Positions 41,901 through 54,768 of a DNA stretch of 64,000 bases are shown here, piece by piece (the first letter of the stretch is position 1; the number at the start of each line of letters is the position of its first letter). The notes under the pieces are model-generated. The model did no database searches and was not told the DNA's origin. It saw only the letters and a list, made by a program, of their open reading frames with translations. The position numbers were made by a program, and so were the translations under genes. The stretch is from Chiloscyllium plagiosum (lineage: Eukaryota): NCBI RefSeq assembly GCF_004010195.1, contig NC_057726.1:62030459-62094458 (forward strand), written 5' to 3'.

Positions 41901-42520
41901 TTACACTGCCCTTGACTAACAAAGACGCATCTCCCATTTTGGGGAGATGAGTTCTGGAGCTGTAGTGTCATGCTGTAATTATATGAAACGCTAGTGCGTC
42001 CTCACTTGGAGTGTTGTGTACAGTTCTGGTCGCCATATTTCGGGAATGATATAGAAGCATTGCAAAAGGTGCAGAGGAGATTTACCAGGGCGTTGCCTGG
42101 TCTGGAGGGAAGGTCTTATGAGGAAAGGCTGAGAAACTTGAGTCTGTTCTCATTGAAAAGTAGAAGGCTAAGAGGAGACATACAAGATGATCAAAGGATT
42201 CGATAGGGTAGACAGTGGAAGCCATTTTTGCTAGGATGATGACGTCAGCTTGTACGAGGGGGACTAGCTACAAATTGAGGGGTGATAGATTTAAGACAGA
42301 TGTCAGGGGCACGTTCTTTACTCAGAAAGTGGTAAGGGCGTGGAACACCCTGCCTGCCAATATAGTTAACTCAGCCACATTAGGGAGATTTAAACCATCC
42401 TTTGATAAGCACATGGATGATGATGGGATAGTGTAGAGGGATGGGCTTAGATTAGTTCACAGTTCAGCACAACATTGAGGGCCAAGGGTTCTGCGCTGTT
42501 TGTTCAATGTTCTATGATAT
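38929..42520 (+). mobile_element. Near full-length decayed CR1 LINE (ORF1 SGNH-esterase + ORF2 APE/RT)
   Basis: ORF1: VLVIGDSILRGSDRRF..VCCLPG..VHVRTN. ORF2: [57 protein letters not shown]1 tail. Confidence 0.9.
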
Positions 42521-43184
42521 TTGTCGGACGGCGTTTTTTTTAAGGATGGCTATATGAGAGTCGGTGGTCTAGTTTATGTGGCAGTTCCTGTACATTTGGT
42601 GAAAGCCTGCACGGTAGTTCATCTCATACCATCCCTCAGCTGATAACTGAATAATCTGTCATATTGAACAGCACTTGTAAGAAGTAGTGAGTGTTACAAA
42701 AGCACGTAAAGTAAATGGTACAGAACTTCATGACCATCAGTTATAACTTGACCTCTTTGTCTCCAAACATGTCACAGATGCATCTGATCTTAAATCTTTC
42801 CAGTTTGGATGACTGCACGTTGTTTGGAGAGTTGAAATCCCATTTTTCGCCTCATAAAACATTCTGCACAATTTGTGTCATAATGCAGTCATATTAATTG
42901 GGCTAGGTGATAAATAGGTTGAGGGTCTTGAAGCAGGATCTCGTTGCTGGACTGTGAACATTTAGCAGCATCAGAATTTTATTCCACTACTTTGTAATTT
43001 CATAATGTAACATATTGTAAATCCAATATTAACATCAAACTCGAGGATCAACCTGGTTTATTGTGACAACCAGAAATCCATGTCAAAATCGGCTTGATTC
43101 ATGGCGTAAAATTAAGCCTAAAACTGTTGAATATGCAGGGAATTTCCACATACATATCAAACAGTGAAAGCAAAGTAGACAGGT

Positions 43185-43722
43185 AGGAGGCTGGAAGAAT
43201 AAACAAGTCAGGCAGCATCAGGAGATGGAGAGGTCAGCGTTTCAGGTGTAACCCTTCTTCGGGACTGGGGTGGATTTAGGGGGAGCTCTGGATAAAGATG
43301 GTCGCAGGAGAAGGGTGGTGAAGTGACGATAGGTGAAGACAGGCATAGGGTACGGCCTGGTTGGTCAATGGGGGAATGAATCCAGTGGTTGCCTGGGAGG
43401 AGTGGAAGGGAGGGGAGGGGCTGAGAGCAGAGTCGCGGGAAGTGAAGGGAACGGAGTTTATTTGAAATAGGAGAACTCATTCACGAGTTCTCTGGGCTGT
43501 AGGCTGTCCAGGTGGAAAATGAGGTGATATACCTCCAATTTGTGTTTCGGTTCGTTGTGGCAATGGAGGAGGCCAGGGATGGTCATGCTGGAAATGGAGT
43601 GGGTAGGGGAATTAAAATGGGAACTGACTTGGAGGTCCAGTCTGCCAATAAGGGCCCAGTTGATATGCTCGGTGAGCCACTCTCTACGTTTATGTTTGGT
43701 CTACCCTATGTAGAGAAGACCA
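43185..43722 (-). mobile_element. Penelope-like 3' fragment
   Basis: Minus-strand similarity to the GIY-YIG C-terminus (HL.SLQP..) and a tail ccgaagaagggttacacctgaaac. Confidence 0.55.
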
Positions 43723-44008
43723 TAAATAGTGAAAAACAAAATATGCTACATATGGAGTTTTTTAGTTCTATACAAATATATTAGAGCAAAGACCCACAGC
43801 GTTGCCCCTTCCAGATGTGAATGTTCGAGGACAATTAACTAACAAATGGGAAAATGACGTTTCATAACTATCTCATTCTTCAATTTTGTCATCTTCAATG
43901 GAGTCCAGTGCATGATTACAAAAATAATAATTGTTTTGATGCAACAAACACCATTCTAAAATAGCAAGCGAAATATTAATCCCAATTTTTGGTGTAGCTC
44001 AAATCATA

Positions 44009-44585
44009 TGTTATGGACCAGGCCAGACCTCCTCAAAATATTTTAACAAGGTAGCTTCGACCATAAGTTTTCTTATTTAAAAGGCAGATGTGAAGTGAAT
44101 ATTCCAGGTGTGACACAGCTGGTCAAACAACTCGGTTTTAAGCAAAACAGAATTTATTTAAACACTGCAGTTGAAACATGAACAAAAGACGACAGAATTT
44201 AGAATGGCGTAACTATTGGAGAACTTAACTGACTCGATACAGAACTTAACTAAGGAGCTGTTCCAATTCCCGTAATATCCCATAAACACACCCCTTGGCA
44301 AAAGGTAAATTCAAACCCAGATTCCTACAGGTAGGAGGGATTTCAGAGAGAAAAGTCAGCAAGTCACCTGCTGGAGCATGGAACTTTTTTACACTGTAGC
44401 AGCTTCTGTGACAGTTATAACTAAACCAAACTGGAAACAAAAGCGTGAACTGGGAAAACAGACCACTCCCCTGCCATTGTTAAAGTAGAGATTTCCAAGC
44501 ATTTCGGCATGTCTGCCTTTAAGACCTCTCTTGAAAAAAAAGCCCAAGGACAATATAACCTTTTTAAAGTGCTGGCGTTGTCAAA
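44009..44585 (-). mobile_element. Solo LTR (same Gypsy family)
   Basis: tgttatggaccaggccagacc... flanked by a 4-bp TSD CATA (44005-44008 and 44586-44589). Confidence 0.8.
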
Positions 44586-46544
44586 CATAGAAAATAATGT
44601 TGTGGTAATTTAACTATCAAATCTCATATCACTATTGTTCCTTTAATTTTGGTATCCCCAGCGTATCTCAATTAAGTGTGGTTCAACGTATTTGGTGTGT
44701 ACTGCACACCCCAAATGAACATTCACTTTCATCAACATTTAGATATGGAAACTATTTGGAGAATGAAACGTGTTTTAGAGGCTCCCACACTATGTCTCTA
44801 TTTCTTCTTGACTCGCATAAATAACCACACAAATTATGTGCTTTCTTTTCATGTAAGAAGACAACCAAACCTACAGCTTTCTACATTATTTCTTTATTTA
44901 GCTCTTCGATTCTTTCTGCCAAAGTACGTGAACTCACATTTCCTCGCATTATATGCAAACTGCCAAGTTTTTGCCCACTAGCTTAATCTGTCTCTATTCC
45001 TCTGCAGACTTTTTCTGTCATCCTCATCTCTCACATTGCCCTTATATTTGGGGCATCTGCCAACTTGGCGAAAGTACATACTTCTTCCTCATCCAAGCCA
45101 TTAAATGTATTGCATGTAATCATCTCTAGCACTGATCGGTCATAAGCTTTCAACAATAAATTAATGTCATCGCTGGAACAAATTATTTCCAATTCACAAC
45201 ATTGCCAGATTCAACTGTTGTTTCAAATGATTTACTATCAAATCCACAATTCCATTTTTCTCAAATCTAGATGTGACTACACCAGTGCTCTCATAGAATA
45301 CTACTTACTTTTAATCTTTTGAGCACTTGGAAGTCTTCCAAACTATTGTTAGGTATGTCTGTGCAGGCACAGAATCCCAAATATCCATTAACCTACTTCC
45401 GGTGTACATTATTGCCCAGTTTAAACAATGCCATGAGTTTAAGAAAGACTTAACAGCGTTCTGGGTTTGTTCAATGTATCATTTCAATTGTATGATATTG
45501 TGATCTTGTGCTGTAAATTCTGTGTGTTAAGATCCAGCTTCACCATTACCCGACGAAGGGGCAGCACTCTGAAAGCTAGCACTTCTGAATAAACCTGTTG
45601 GAATATTGCGTGGTGTTGTGTGATATTTAACTTTGTCCACCCCAATCCAACACCGGCACCTCCGCATCATTTAAAATTCTTATCCATCTATTTTAATTTA
45701 TTCATACCCTCGCCAATATCTATGCTTGCATTTTGCACTGCAGCCGGTTGAAATTGATCTGTTAATTACAATAATCTAAAATCTTGACAAGTGTGGTTAG
45801 GAAGAGTTACTACATCTCGTAGTGCTAGCAAATGTAACAAAATGCAACGTTTTAATTAAAGCCAGAGTGCTGTCTTTCTTCTGCAATTAAACCACTGAGA
45901 CGATTGTGCCGTGCAATTCTGATGTTGTGAGTATCTCCAGTATTAGTTGGTCCTGCATTTGGAGGACCTGTCCTAATTAGTAACCGTCTGAAGTTGTAAA
46001 ATTCCTCTCAACATGCTTCATCTCTCCAACTTTGCTAATTTTTTTACATTCTCTCCTTATGTAGGTCAGTTAAGCTTTTATGTAATGAGACTCCTATCAA
46101 AACTCCTCAAAACTTCAATCATAAAGATATATGCACAAAATGTAGCCAAGACTAGTAATTCAATTCGAGGGTAAATGGAAAAATAATTAAAATGAATGTA
46201 AACTTGGTGAAATATAAGGAAACCAAAAAAGACACAATGTAAATATCATAAAATGTCCCAACTGTAGATTTGAAGTGATAATATCAAAGAAAAAAGAAAT
46301 ACAATCAAAAAAACAAGTTTTCTCCATTGACACTGTAGTTTTCTGCAATTACTTTGAACAAAGAGACATAGAAAACGATTGGTTCCTGGGGTTTTGTGCT
46401 TAATGGTTACATTTAGACCTTCTGGATCTGAGATGTGCTACTGTGTTGCTCTCTACATATAGCTTCAGGCTTCGGTTGAATATTTTGAAAGCTATGTTAA
46501 TAATAGCAAAAAAGGTACATCAGCACTTCAGCTTATTGATTCAG

Positions 46545-47468
46545 TTTGTTGACAATGATAGAATGAAGGATATAATAGAACATGAACCATAGATTATGGT
46601 GAGGATACAGCTGTGCTGCAGCTGACAGCGTACAATAACTTTTGAAGGTCTAATTTTGAGCTGTTAATCGCATTCTCAACCTACTACAGTTGCAGCACTA
46701 CAAAAAAAGAATAAGAGAAATCCTTAATATGAAGATCAAGCTTCAGAAAGACTCAGGCAAAAGACATGCCTTCTCAATAGTATCTGTAGAATTGTGCGAG
46801 GTGTTGAAATGTTGTTCCATAGACCTGTCAACAAACATTCCGACGTTGTGATACCCACCTATGGCTCACCTGTGCCTGCTAACATGTCAAAGTAAAATTT
46901 AACCAATACCACATGTGCGCTGTCCTACAGGGAGGATGCATGCATTGAAATTGCAATACAGTGTTATACAGAAGTGTATGGCTCTGTGATTCCTCAATAT
47001 TAAAATTGTACACCACGATGTTTTTTGAAATCAAGTCAGACACAGATAAAAACATATCCTGCTGAAATAACAACCTCTCACCTGATTCATATGTAACCCT
47101 ACATTTTGAACATAACGTCGAACAAACATTGAAAGTTACCAGTGCAGAGAACATATTGTGTCTGATCTTCCAGTTTTCAACTGCAAAAGCAGTTCGATGG
47201 CAGACTATTGACTGAGCTCCCTAATAATTTCCGCTGGGTTGAATAGGTCACTGCACAGTATTTGTGAAGACAAAGCTTAATCTTCATATTAAGGATTTCT
47301 CCTAGTTTTTTTGTAGTGCTGCAACTGTAGTAGGTTGAGAATGCGAATAGCAGCTCAAAATTAGACCTTCAAAAGTTATTGTACGCTGTCAGCTGCAGCA
47401 CAGCTGTATCCCCACCATAATCTATGGTTCATGTTCTATTATATCCTTCATTCTATCATTGCCAAACT
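46545..47468. repeat. ~190-bp inverted repeat pair (46552-46743 / 47274-47462)
   Basis: The two arms are near-perfect reverse complements separated by ~530 bp. Confidence 0.9.
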
Positions 47469-47893
47469 GCAGGTGGATTGACTCTAGCTGACTGAGGAAA
47501 GAAGATAAGTCGAGGTGTGTCTAAAACTGAGAAGCCAATGTTGTAACTTATAATAAAGTCGCATATACTGTGTACCAGCAAACATAACCAACATATTATA
47601 AACGGAGATTAGTCGCTCCCCATTACATCAACATTTCTGCAGTGCCGCTAATATCGTGTCAATGTTGTTACTCCTGAGTGATATGTATTTGTGCAGTATT
47701 TGTTGTTTATATTAATGATATAGAATCTAAACATAGGCGTCAAGATCAACAAGTTTGCAGCGGAAGCAAAATTGATTATGTACTTGACAACGAGGAGGAA
47801 AGACTGAAACAGCATGAAGATAGAGATGATTAGGCAGATTGTGCACAAAACTGAAAAATCCAATTAAGTCCAGAGAAGTTGAATCAGCGTTTT

Positions 47894-48900
47894 CTTCTGA
47901 GGTTCAATAGGCAGGAAATTCACAATGAATGAGAGGAGATTGTGTTGGATTAAGGAGTGCAGGGATCTTGCAGTGCATGTCCACAAATTGTGAAGGGTAG
48001 CAGGACAGATCAGCTTGGAGACTGATTTTAGTAAATATAAACCGAAACAACTGCAGGTGTTGTAAATCAGTGAGAGACAAATGCTGGAAAAACTTAGCAG
48101 ATGTGGAGAGAAATCAGAACTGAATTCTGAGGAAGGATCACTCGACCCGATATGTTAACTTTGGTGTCTGTCCACAGATGTTGATACACCTGCTGAGCTT
48201 TTCCAGCAATTTCTATTTTTGTCTCTTCACTTCTTATTCCCTTGTCAGCAACGTCAATATGATAATAACAACGATTGTGAAGAGTCTTTGAGTAAAAGAG
48301 CGCGGTGACTGTTAAGAACACGTGACGTGATGGTATCGATGATTTCTGTTTGATGTTTCCTGTATGTTCCGTTGTATAATATCCTCCTTCCCCTTCCCTT
48401 CTGAGGTTCAATAGGCAGGAAATTCACAATGAATGAGAGGAGATTGTGTTGGATTAAAGAGTGCAGGGATCTTGCAGTGCATGTCCACAAATTGTGAAGG
48501 GTAGCAGGACAGATCAGCTTGGAGACTGATTTTAGTAAATATAAACCGAAACAACTGCAGGAGTTGTAAATCAGTGAGAGACAAATGCTGGAAAAACTTA
48601 GCAGATGTGGAGAGAAATCAGAACTGAATTCTGAGGAAGGATCACTCGATCCGATATGTTACTTTGGTCTATGTCCACAGATGTTGACACACCTGCTGAG
48701 CATTTCCAGCAATTTCTATTTTTGTCTCTTCACTTCTTATTCCCTTGTAGGAACGTCAATATGATAATAACAACGATTGTGAGGAGTCTTTGAGTAAAAG
48801 AGCGCGGTGAATGTTAAGAACACATGACGTGATGGTATCGATTATTTCTGTTTGATGTTTCCTGTATGTTCCGTTGTATAATATCCTCCTTCCCCTTCCC
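47894..48900. repeat. Tandem duplication, period 504 bp
   Basis: cttctgaggttcaatagg begins at both 47894 and 48398. The units differ by scattered substitutions and small indels. Confidence 0.9.
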
Positions 48901-50210
48901 CTAAGCACAAAGTGCATGGATCGCTGATGTTTTACCTCACAACCTTCTCTCTCCGCTTGCGGAGGCCTTTGCTCATTACTTTTTAGCCATCATTCCCGAG
49001 TCACCTCCTGAACAAACTCCATCAACATTAAAATGAAATGGTTGTGGATATCGGATATCTGAAACAAAACAATAACGGTAGAAAAGATCAGGAAATCTAA
49101 TAGTATCTCTAGAGAGAAGCAAAGTTAATATTTCGAGTCTGATGTTGTTGAAGTAGTTTCCACCCACAGAGCATTATAAGTCAAACCCTCCCTCTCTCTA
49201 CAGTTGCTGCTGGACCTGCTGACTTTCTTCAGTAATTTCTGTTTTATGTTTTAACGGTTTTCCATTCAATAGAAGAATTCACCGATGGTTGAAATCAGGA
49301 AATATCTGCTTTTCATAGCCCAGTTTTGCCTGTGATTTTGTTGCTTGCATTACCCTGAGTGCCATGCTGATGAAAACTGGAAGATAATAAATGGTAACAT
49401 CATGAATACAAGAAAAAGCAATTTATGTCAACATTAGGGAAACATTGAAATGGAATTGTATTACTGCAGAAGTGTAATTATTTGCAAATCAATTTAAGTA
49501 TTCTACAATGCCTAATGGCTACCAATCCTCTCCATCGCCCTTTTTCTTTCTTCCAAAGGTTTACATACAAGGTAATATCGTGAGAAAGATGCTGATTACA
49601 CTTTGTGCTGGTTAAACTCTATTACATGCTTTACCTCTGAAGCTCAAACTTTAGGATCATATTCTCGCTGATGTCTGGGGTTCGTGATAACAGATGTGAT
49701 TGTTTTGCACCTAACATATGGAAAGCACTTATCAATACAAAGTCTTAGTTTGCTTTGGAGTAAAGTGTCCACCTGGATCAAACGTTATGGGGCTATAGGA
49801 GGTGGTGAACACTCATTTCACCCTCCCTAACCTCCTGCAACTTATCAGAAGAAAAATCTTCCGGAAATCAACTCGTCCATTGGAACACCACCGCACAGTA
49901 TTTCTGCCACTCACATGGGATTATGTTTGGAATTTGGATTCTACTTGTTGCTATATTAGTTCTGTCAGCACTCAGTAGTAGGTACAACAGGAAGAAACTG
50001 ATTATGGCTGCTGCAGAAAGTTGAGTCTCAGGATTTTACAGTGGGGAGGGATCCTCACATCCAACGATGTGTGAGAAGGGAGCGGATGTCTGGTTCTGTT
50101 GATAGACTGTGCAGCACAAAGGTGGATGGCATATTGGAGGACGGCCCTGGATGTACGTTCATATGCCCAATGGCACAAGCTGCATAGATATTTTAGAACC
50201 CCTTCGGATT

Positions 50211-50785
50211 AAGACCATAAGACCATTAGAAATAGTAGTGAAAGGCTATTCGGCCCATCGAGTCCTCTCCACCATTCAGGCATGGCTGATGGGCATTTCA
50301 ACGCCACTTACCCGCACTCTCACCGTATCCCGTAATTCCTTGTGAGATTAAGAATTTATCAATCTCTGCCTTGAAGACATTTAACGTCCCAGCCTCGACT
50401 GTGCACCGTGGCAGTGAATTCCACAGGCCCACCACTCTCTGGCTGAAGAAATATCTCCTCATTTCCATTCTAAATTGACCCCCTCTAATTCTACGGCTGT
50501 GCCCATGAGTCCTAGTATCCCTGCCTGATGGAAACAATTTCTCAGTGCCTACCCTTTCTAAGCCATGCATTATCTTGTAAGTTTCTATTAGATCTCCACT
50601 CAACCTTCTAAACTCTAACCGGTGCAATCCCAGGATCCTCAGCCGTTCATTGTATGTTAGGCCTTCCATTCCAGAGATCATCCGTGTGAATCTCCACTGG
50701 ATACGCTCCAGTGCCAATATGTCCTTCCTGAGGTGTGGGGCCCAAAACTGGACAGAGTATTCTAAATGGGGCCTAACCAGAGCTT
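50211..50785 (-). mobile_element. CR1 LINE 3' fragment running into a gap
   Basis: RRLSGDLIETYKI..THGH..WNSLP; closely similar to 23021-23808. Confidence 0.9.
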
Positions 50786-51461
50786 NNNNNNNNNNNNNNN
50801 NNNNNNNNNNNNNNNNNNNNNNNNNNNNNNNNNNNNNNNNNNNNNNNNNNNNNNNNNNNNNNNNNNNNNNNNNNNNNNNNNNNNNNNNNNNNNNNNNNNN
50901 NNNNNNNNNNNNNNNNNNNNNNNNNNNNNNNNNNNNNNNNNNNNNNNNNNNNNNNNNNNNNNNNNNNNNNNNNNNNNNNNNNNNNNNNNNNNNNNNNNNN
51001 NNNNNNNNNNNNNNNNNNNNNNNNNNNNNNNNNNNNNNNNNNNNNNNNNNNNNNNNNNNNNNNNNNNNNNNNNNNNNNNNNNNNNNNNNNNNNNNNNNNN
51101 NNNNNNNNNNNNNNNNNNNNNNNNNNNNNNNNNNNNNNNNNNNNNNNNNNNNNNNNNNNNNNNNNNNNNNNNNNNNNNNNNNNNNNNNNNNNNNNNNNNN
51201 NNNNNNNNNNNNNNNNNNNNNNNNNNNNNNNNNNNNNNNNNNNNNNNNNNNNNNNNNNNNNNNNNNNNNNNNNNNNNNNNNNNNNNNNNNNNNNNNNNNN
51301 NNNNNNNNNNNNNNNNNNNNNNNNNNNNNNNNNNNNNNNNNNNNNNNNNNNNNNNNNNNNNNNNNNNNNNNNNNNNNNNNNNNNNNNNNNNNNNNNNNNN
51401 NNNNNNNNNNNNNNNNNNNNNNNNNNNNNNNNNNNNNNNNNNNNNNNNNNNNNNNNNNNNN
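50786..51461. other. Assembly gap (676 N)
   Basis: Run of N. Confidence 1.
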
Positions 51462-52771
51462 GCGCCCACGTGTATTGCTATATTTTTAAATTTAGAACTG
51501 ACATGCGAGCATTGAAAGAAGATCAAAATAGTCCGACTGCAAATTTGGCTAAGTAAATTGTTCTCGCTTCTATTTACTACGTGCATGCTTGTAGCTAAAA
51601 CGAGAAAGCTACAAACCCGAGCTGATCTTTAATGACTTATCAGAAGCCTTCAGTGTCGCTTGGTCAAAAAACTTGAAGGGCCATGCTAACAGCACTTTTA
51701 ATATAGCCTCAGGACTGCAGTGGTTCAAACAGTCCAATACCACGTTCTCCACAGCAACTGGGGATGCTTGCTTAGCTAACGATGCCCAGTCCAATGAAAA
51801 ATCTAGACAGCCAATATAATTGCATTTTACCTTCTGTGAATAAAGTGCTACTAGTTCAATTAATTATGCACGAAAATTGTTCACCTTATTTTGTTTATAT
51901 TGTGAAACACCTGCTTCTTTTTACGTGAAAACGTGAAATCATAAGTAAATTTTTCTATTAAAATTCACTCGTGGAATGAGGGCATCTCTGGATAGATAAA
52001 AAATTATTGCCCATTCCTAATTTGCCCTTCAGAAGGTTGTGTTGAATGGCTCGCTTGAACCGCTGTAGTCCGTGTGCTATAAGTAGACCCATTATGCAAT
52101 TATGGAGGAATTTCAAGCATGTTGGCCAGTGACACCGAAGGATCAGGTCATTTGAACTTTGGTTTTAATTCTTTATATCATTGTCACGTGTACTTAAGTG
52201 CAAAAGTACAGTACTGTGAAAAGTGTATAATGTAGCCACACAGGTACCATCTTCGATACAAGAGCGTACGTACAAAAAAAAACATAAGAACAAGGTAGAG
52301 AGAAAGCTCAAAGTTTAACGTTGCATTAAAAATGGTAGAGCATTCAGCTAACAAATATGATAGATTTCCAAGTCAGGGTGGTAAGTGACTTGGATGGGAA
52401 TAAGCAAAGGCTGGTGTTCCCATGTATCAACAGCCCTTGATATTTGAGATGGAAGTGGTAGTGGGCTTGGAAGGCACTAAGGCAACTGAGACATGTTGAC
52501 AGTTAATGCATGGCGACTTACTAGCATTTTTATCACTCTTTTCAAATAAAGGTTCTTACAGTAAACAGAGCTAAACGAGTTTAATTCTCATGATTTTTCT
52601 TTTTAAAAAGGCAGACCCTTCTTTATTTGCCAAACAGAGATATTAGAAGAAACATCAAATACAATATATGATGGTAAAGAAACAGGCGCCTCTTGTGTTT
52701 AATAAGAAATGAAAAGCTCACTATAGGCTAATGTTACGAGGTAAAGAATAAATGATTTGCATTACAAAATA

Positions 52772-53271
52772 NNNNNNNNNNNNNNNNNNNNNNNNNNNNN
52801 NNNNNNNNNNNNNNNNNNNNNNNNNNNNNNNNNNNNNNNNNNNNNNNNNNNNNNNNNNNNNNNNNNNNNNNNNNNNNNNNNNNNNNNNNNNNNNNNNNNN
52901 NNNNNNNNNNNNNNNNNNNNNNNNNNNNNNNNNNNNNNNNNNNNNNNNNNNNNNNNNNNNNNNNNNNNNNNNNNNNNNNNNNNNNNNNNNNNNNNNNNNN
53001 NNNNNNNNNNNNNNNNNNNNNNNNNNNNNNNNNNNNNNNNNNNNNNNNNNNNNNNNNNNNNNNNNNNNNNNNNNNNNNNNNNNNNNNNNNNNNNNNNNNN
53101 NNNNNNNNNNNNNNNNNNNNNNNNNNNNNNNNNNNNNNNNNNNNNNNNNNNNNNNNNNNNNNNNNNNNNNNNNNNNNNNNNNNNNNNNNNNNNNNNNNNN
53201 NNNNNNNNNNNNNNNNNNNNNNNNNNNNNNNNNNNNNNNNNNNNNNNNNNNNNNNNNNNNNNNNNNNNNNN
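52772..53271. other. Assembly gap (exactly 500 N, probably a placeholder size)
   Basis: Run of N starting just downstream of gene B's ITIM exon. Confidence 1.
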
Positions 53272-53282
53272 CTCAGATCTAC

Positions 53283-53384
53283 CTAAATATACACAGTTCT
53301 CATCTTTTCAAGTTTGAGCCTTGGAGTTTTCGTTTTTCTGTTCAAATCCAGCACAGCGTAATGCATGACCTCAGAATCTACTCC
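53283..53384 (-). pseudogene. Gene B decayed ITIM exon (GVDSEVMHYAVLDLNRKTKTPRLKLEKMRTVYI*)
   Basis: Colinear 102-nt homolog of gene A exon 6. The acceptor position (53386-53385) is CG instead of AG, and the last codon before the gt donor is TAG. Confidence 0.75.
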
Positions 53385-53983
53385 CGACATTGGTGACAAA
53401 TAAAAATATTTTTTGATTGGCAAGTCTATTATACTTAGCAGTTATCTTGTGCAAATTATAACACTTTGATCGTGAAACATATGTGATGTAGTCTGGACGC
53501 TGCAACAAATAAGTAAACCCATCAACGTTGATACAACGTGAGTGCTTTGGGAATGTTTACATCAAACAAAATGGTACAACTTAAAATTTCTTTTCAATTC
53601 CCAAGTATAGAGGAATTTGCCATTTAAAAATATTTTCAGTGCAATGAGCATCTTTAATCTCTAATAACGTGTCAGTTATATTCCCAGCAAAACCCTAAGT
53701 AGCAAATAAACATCCATAAAATAAATTAAAAGTGTTCTGAAGAAGAGTCACTGGACTGGAAACATGCTCTTTTTTTTCACCACAGATGCTACCAGACCTG
53801 TTACGTTTATCCAGCAATTTCAGTTTTAAATAACTTACATACCGGACATGATTATCTTAGTGAGACTTGGCAAATATTTTTTACGAAACTGTGTTAAACT
53901 GTCCTGACATAGTTGTGGGTTGAACATTCCATTATAGCATTTTTTTTTGATGCAGGTATTTCGACATTAACGAATAGACATAC

Positions 53984-54027
53984 CATCTCCCCACCGTGGT
54001 TTGCTCCAGCTACAGCGTCCTCTTTAC
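53984..54027 (-). CDS. Gene B exon 5, cytoplasmic (G)KEDAVAGANHGGEM
   Basis: tttccag|GT ... ATG|gtatgt, 44 nt; homolog of 13648-13691. Confidence 0.82.
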
Positions 54028-54660
54028 CTGGAAACAAATAAATTGTAATGGAAAAATAAACCGTTACACAGATTTAACGTCGGAGATTGCAACGTCAAAG
54101 TCAGAAAAATGCCGAAATTTTTAAGTTTGCAATGTGAGGAAAGTTATTTACTAATAAGTTTTATAATGGTCAGCAAGTATTTGATTTTTGGTTTGACGTT
54201 TACTTTTTGAAAACTGCATAAATCCAGCACACAGTAGTACGGCAGGACATTGTATTTAAGATTGAGGATTAGCCATGATGTTTTGCCTTTTGGGTTTATA
54301 GTCAACTTTTGCAACAATTTCTAAAATACACACTGCAAGATATACCCTCATCAGAATTGCACATTGAAACTAATTCTGGCTGTAAATTTCAATTTGGAAA
54401 GTGATTTATTCATGTACCTGGCATTTATTATATCGCAAACGTGATGTTTTTTTCAAAGCAAATCTACGCAATTATTTCCATTTTGATTACAAATGTAAAA
54501 GCTTTCTATTGTAAGCGCATTTTAAATATCCTTGCCTGCCCTCCAACATCTCTCCCAAAACAAAATTTAAACAATTTCAATTCTTAATCGCTTTCACTTT
54601 CTCCTCTGTTACCTAATTCTGATGCTTGTTATAACATCAAAGGCTTAAAGTAGATCTTAC

Positions 54661-54768
54661 CTTTAGTATTCTTCAGCTGACAGCACACTCCAATTACAAT
54701 AATAAGGAACGCACTACCAGCCACCGCACGAATGAGAATCCAATGATAATGTGACTTCTGAATATTAT
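54661..54768 (-). CDS. Gene B exon 4, transmembrane with Arg: DNIQKSHYHWILIRAVAGSAFLIIVIGVCCQLKNTK
   Basis: cttgcag|AT ... AAAG|gtaaga, 108 nt, phase 1/1. Aligns with the gene A TM exon (SHYxW...AVxG). Confidence 0.88.

Noticed and set aside
48936-49710. Short minus-strand AG...GT exon-like segments
   Set aside because: One has an in-frame stop and would need a 35-nt intron. No homology to gene A or B exons.
49809-50024. Plus-strand hydrophobic stretch MFGIWILLVAILVLSALSSRYNRKK
   Set aside because: No convincing splice or gene context. It may be a decayed retroelement env piece but cannot be supported.
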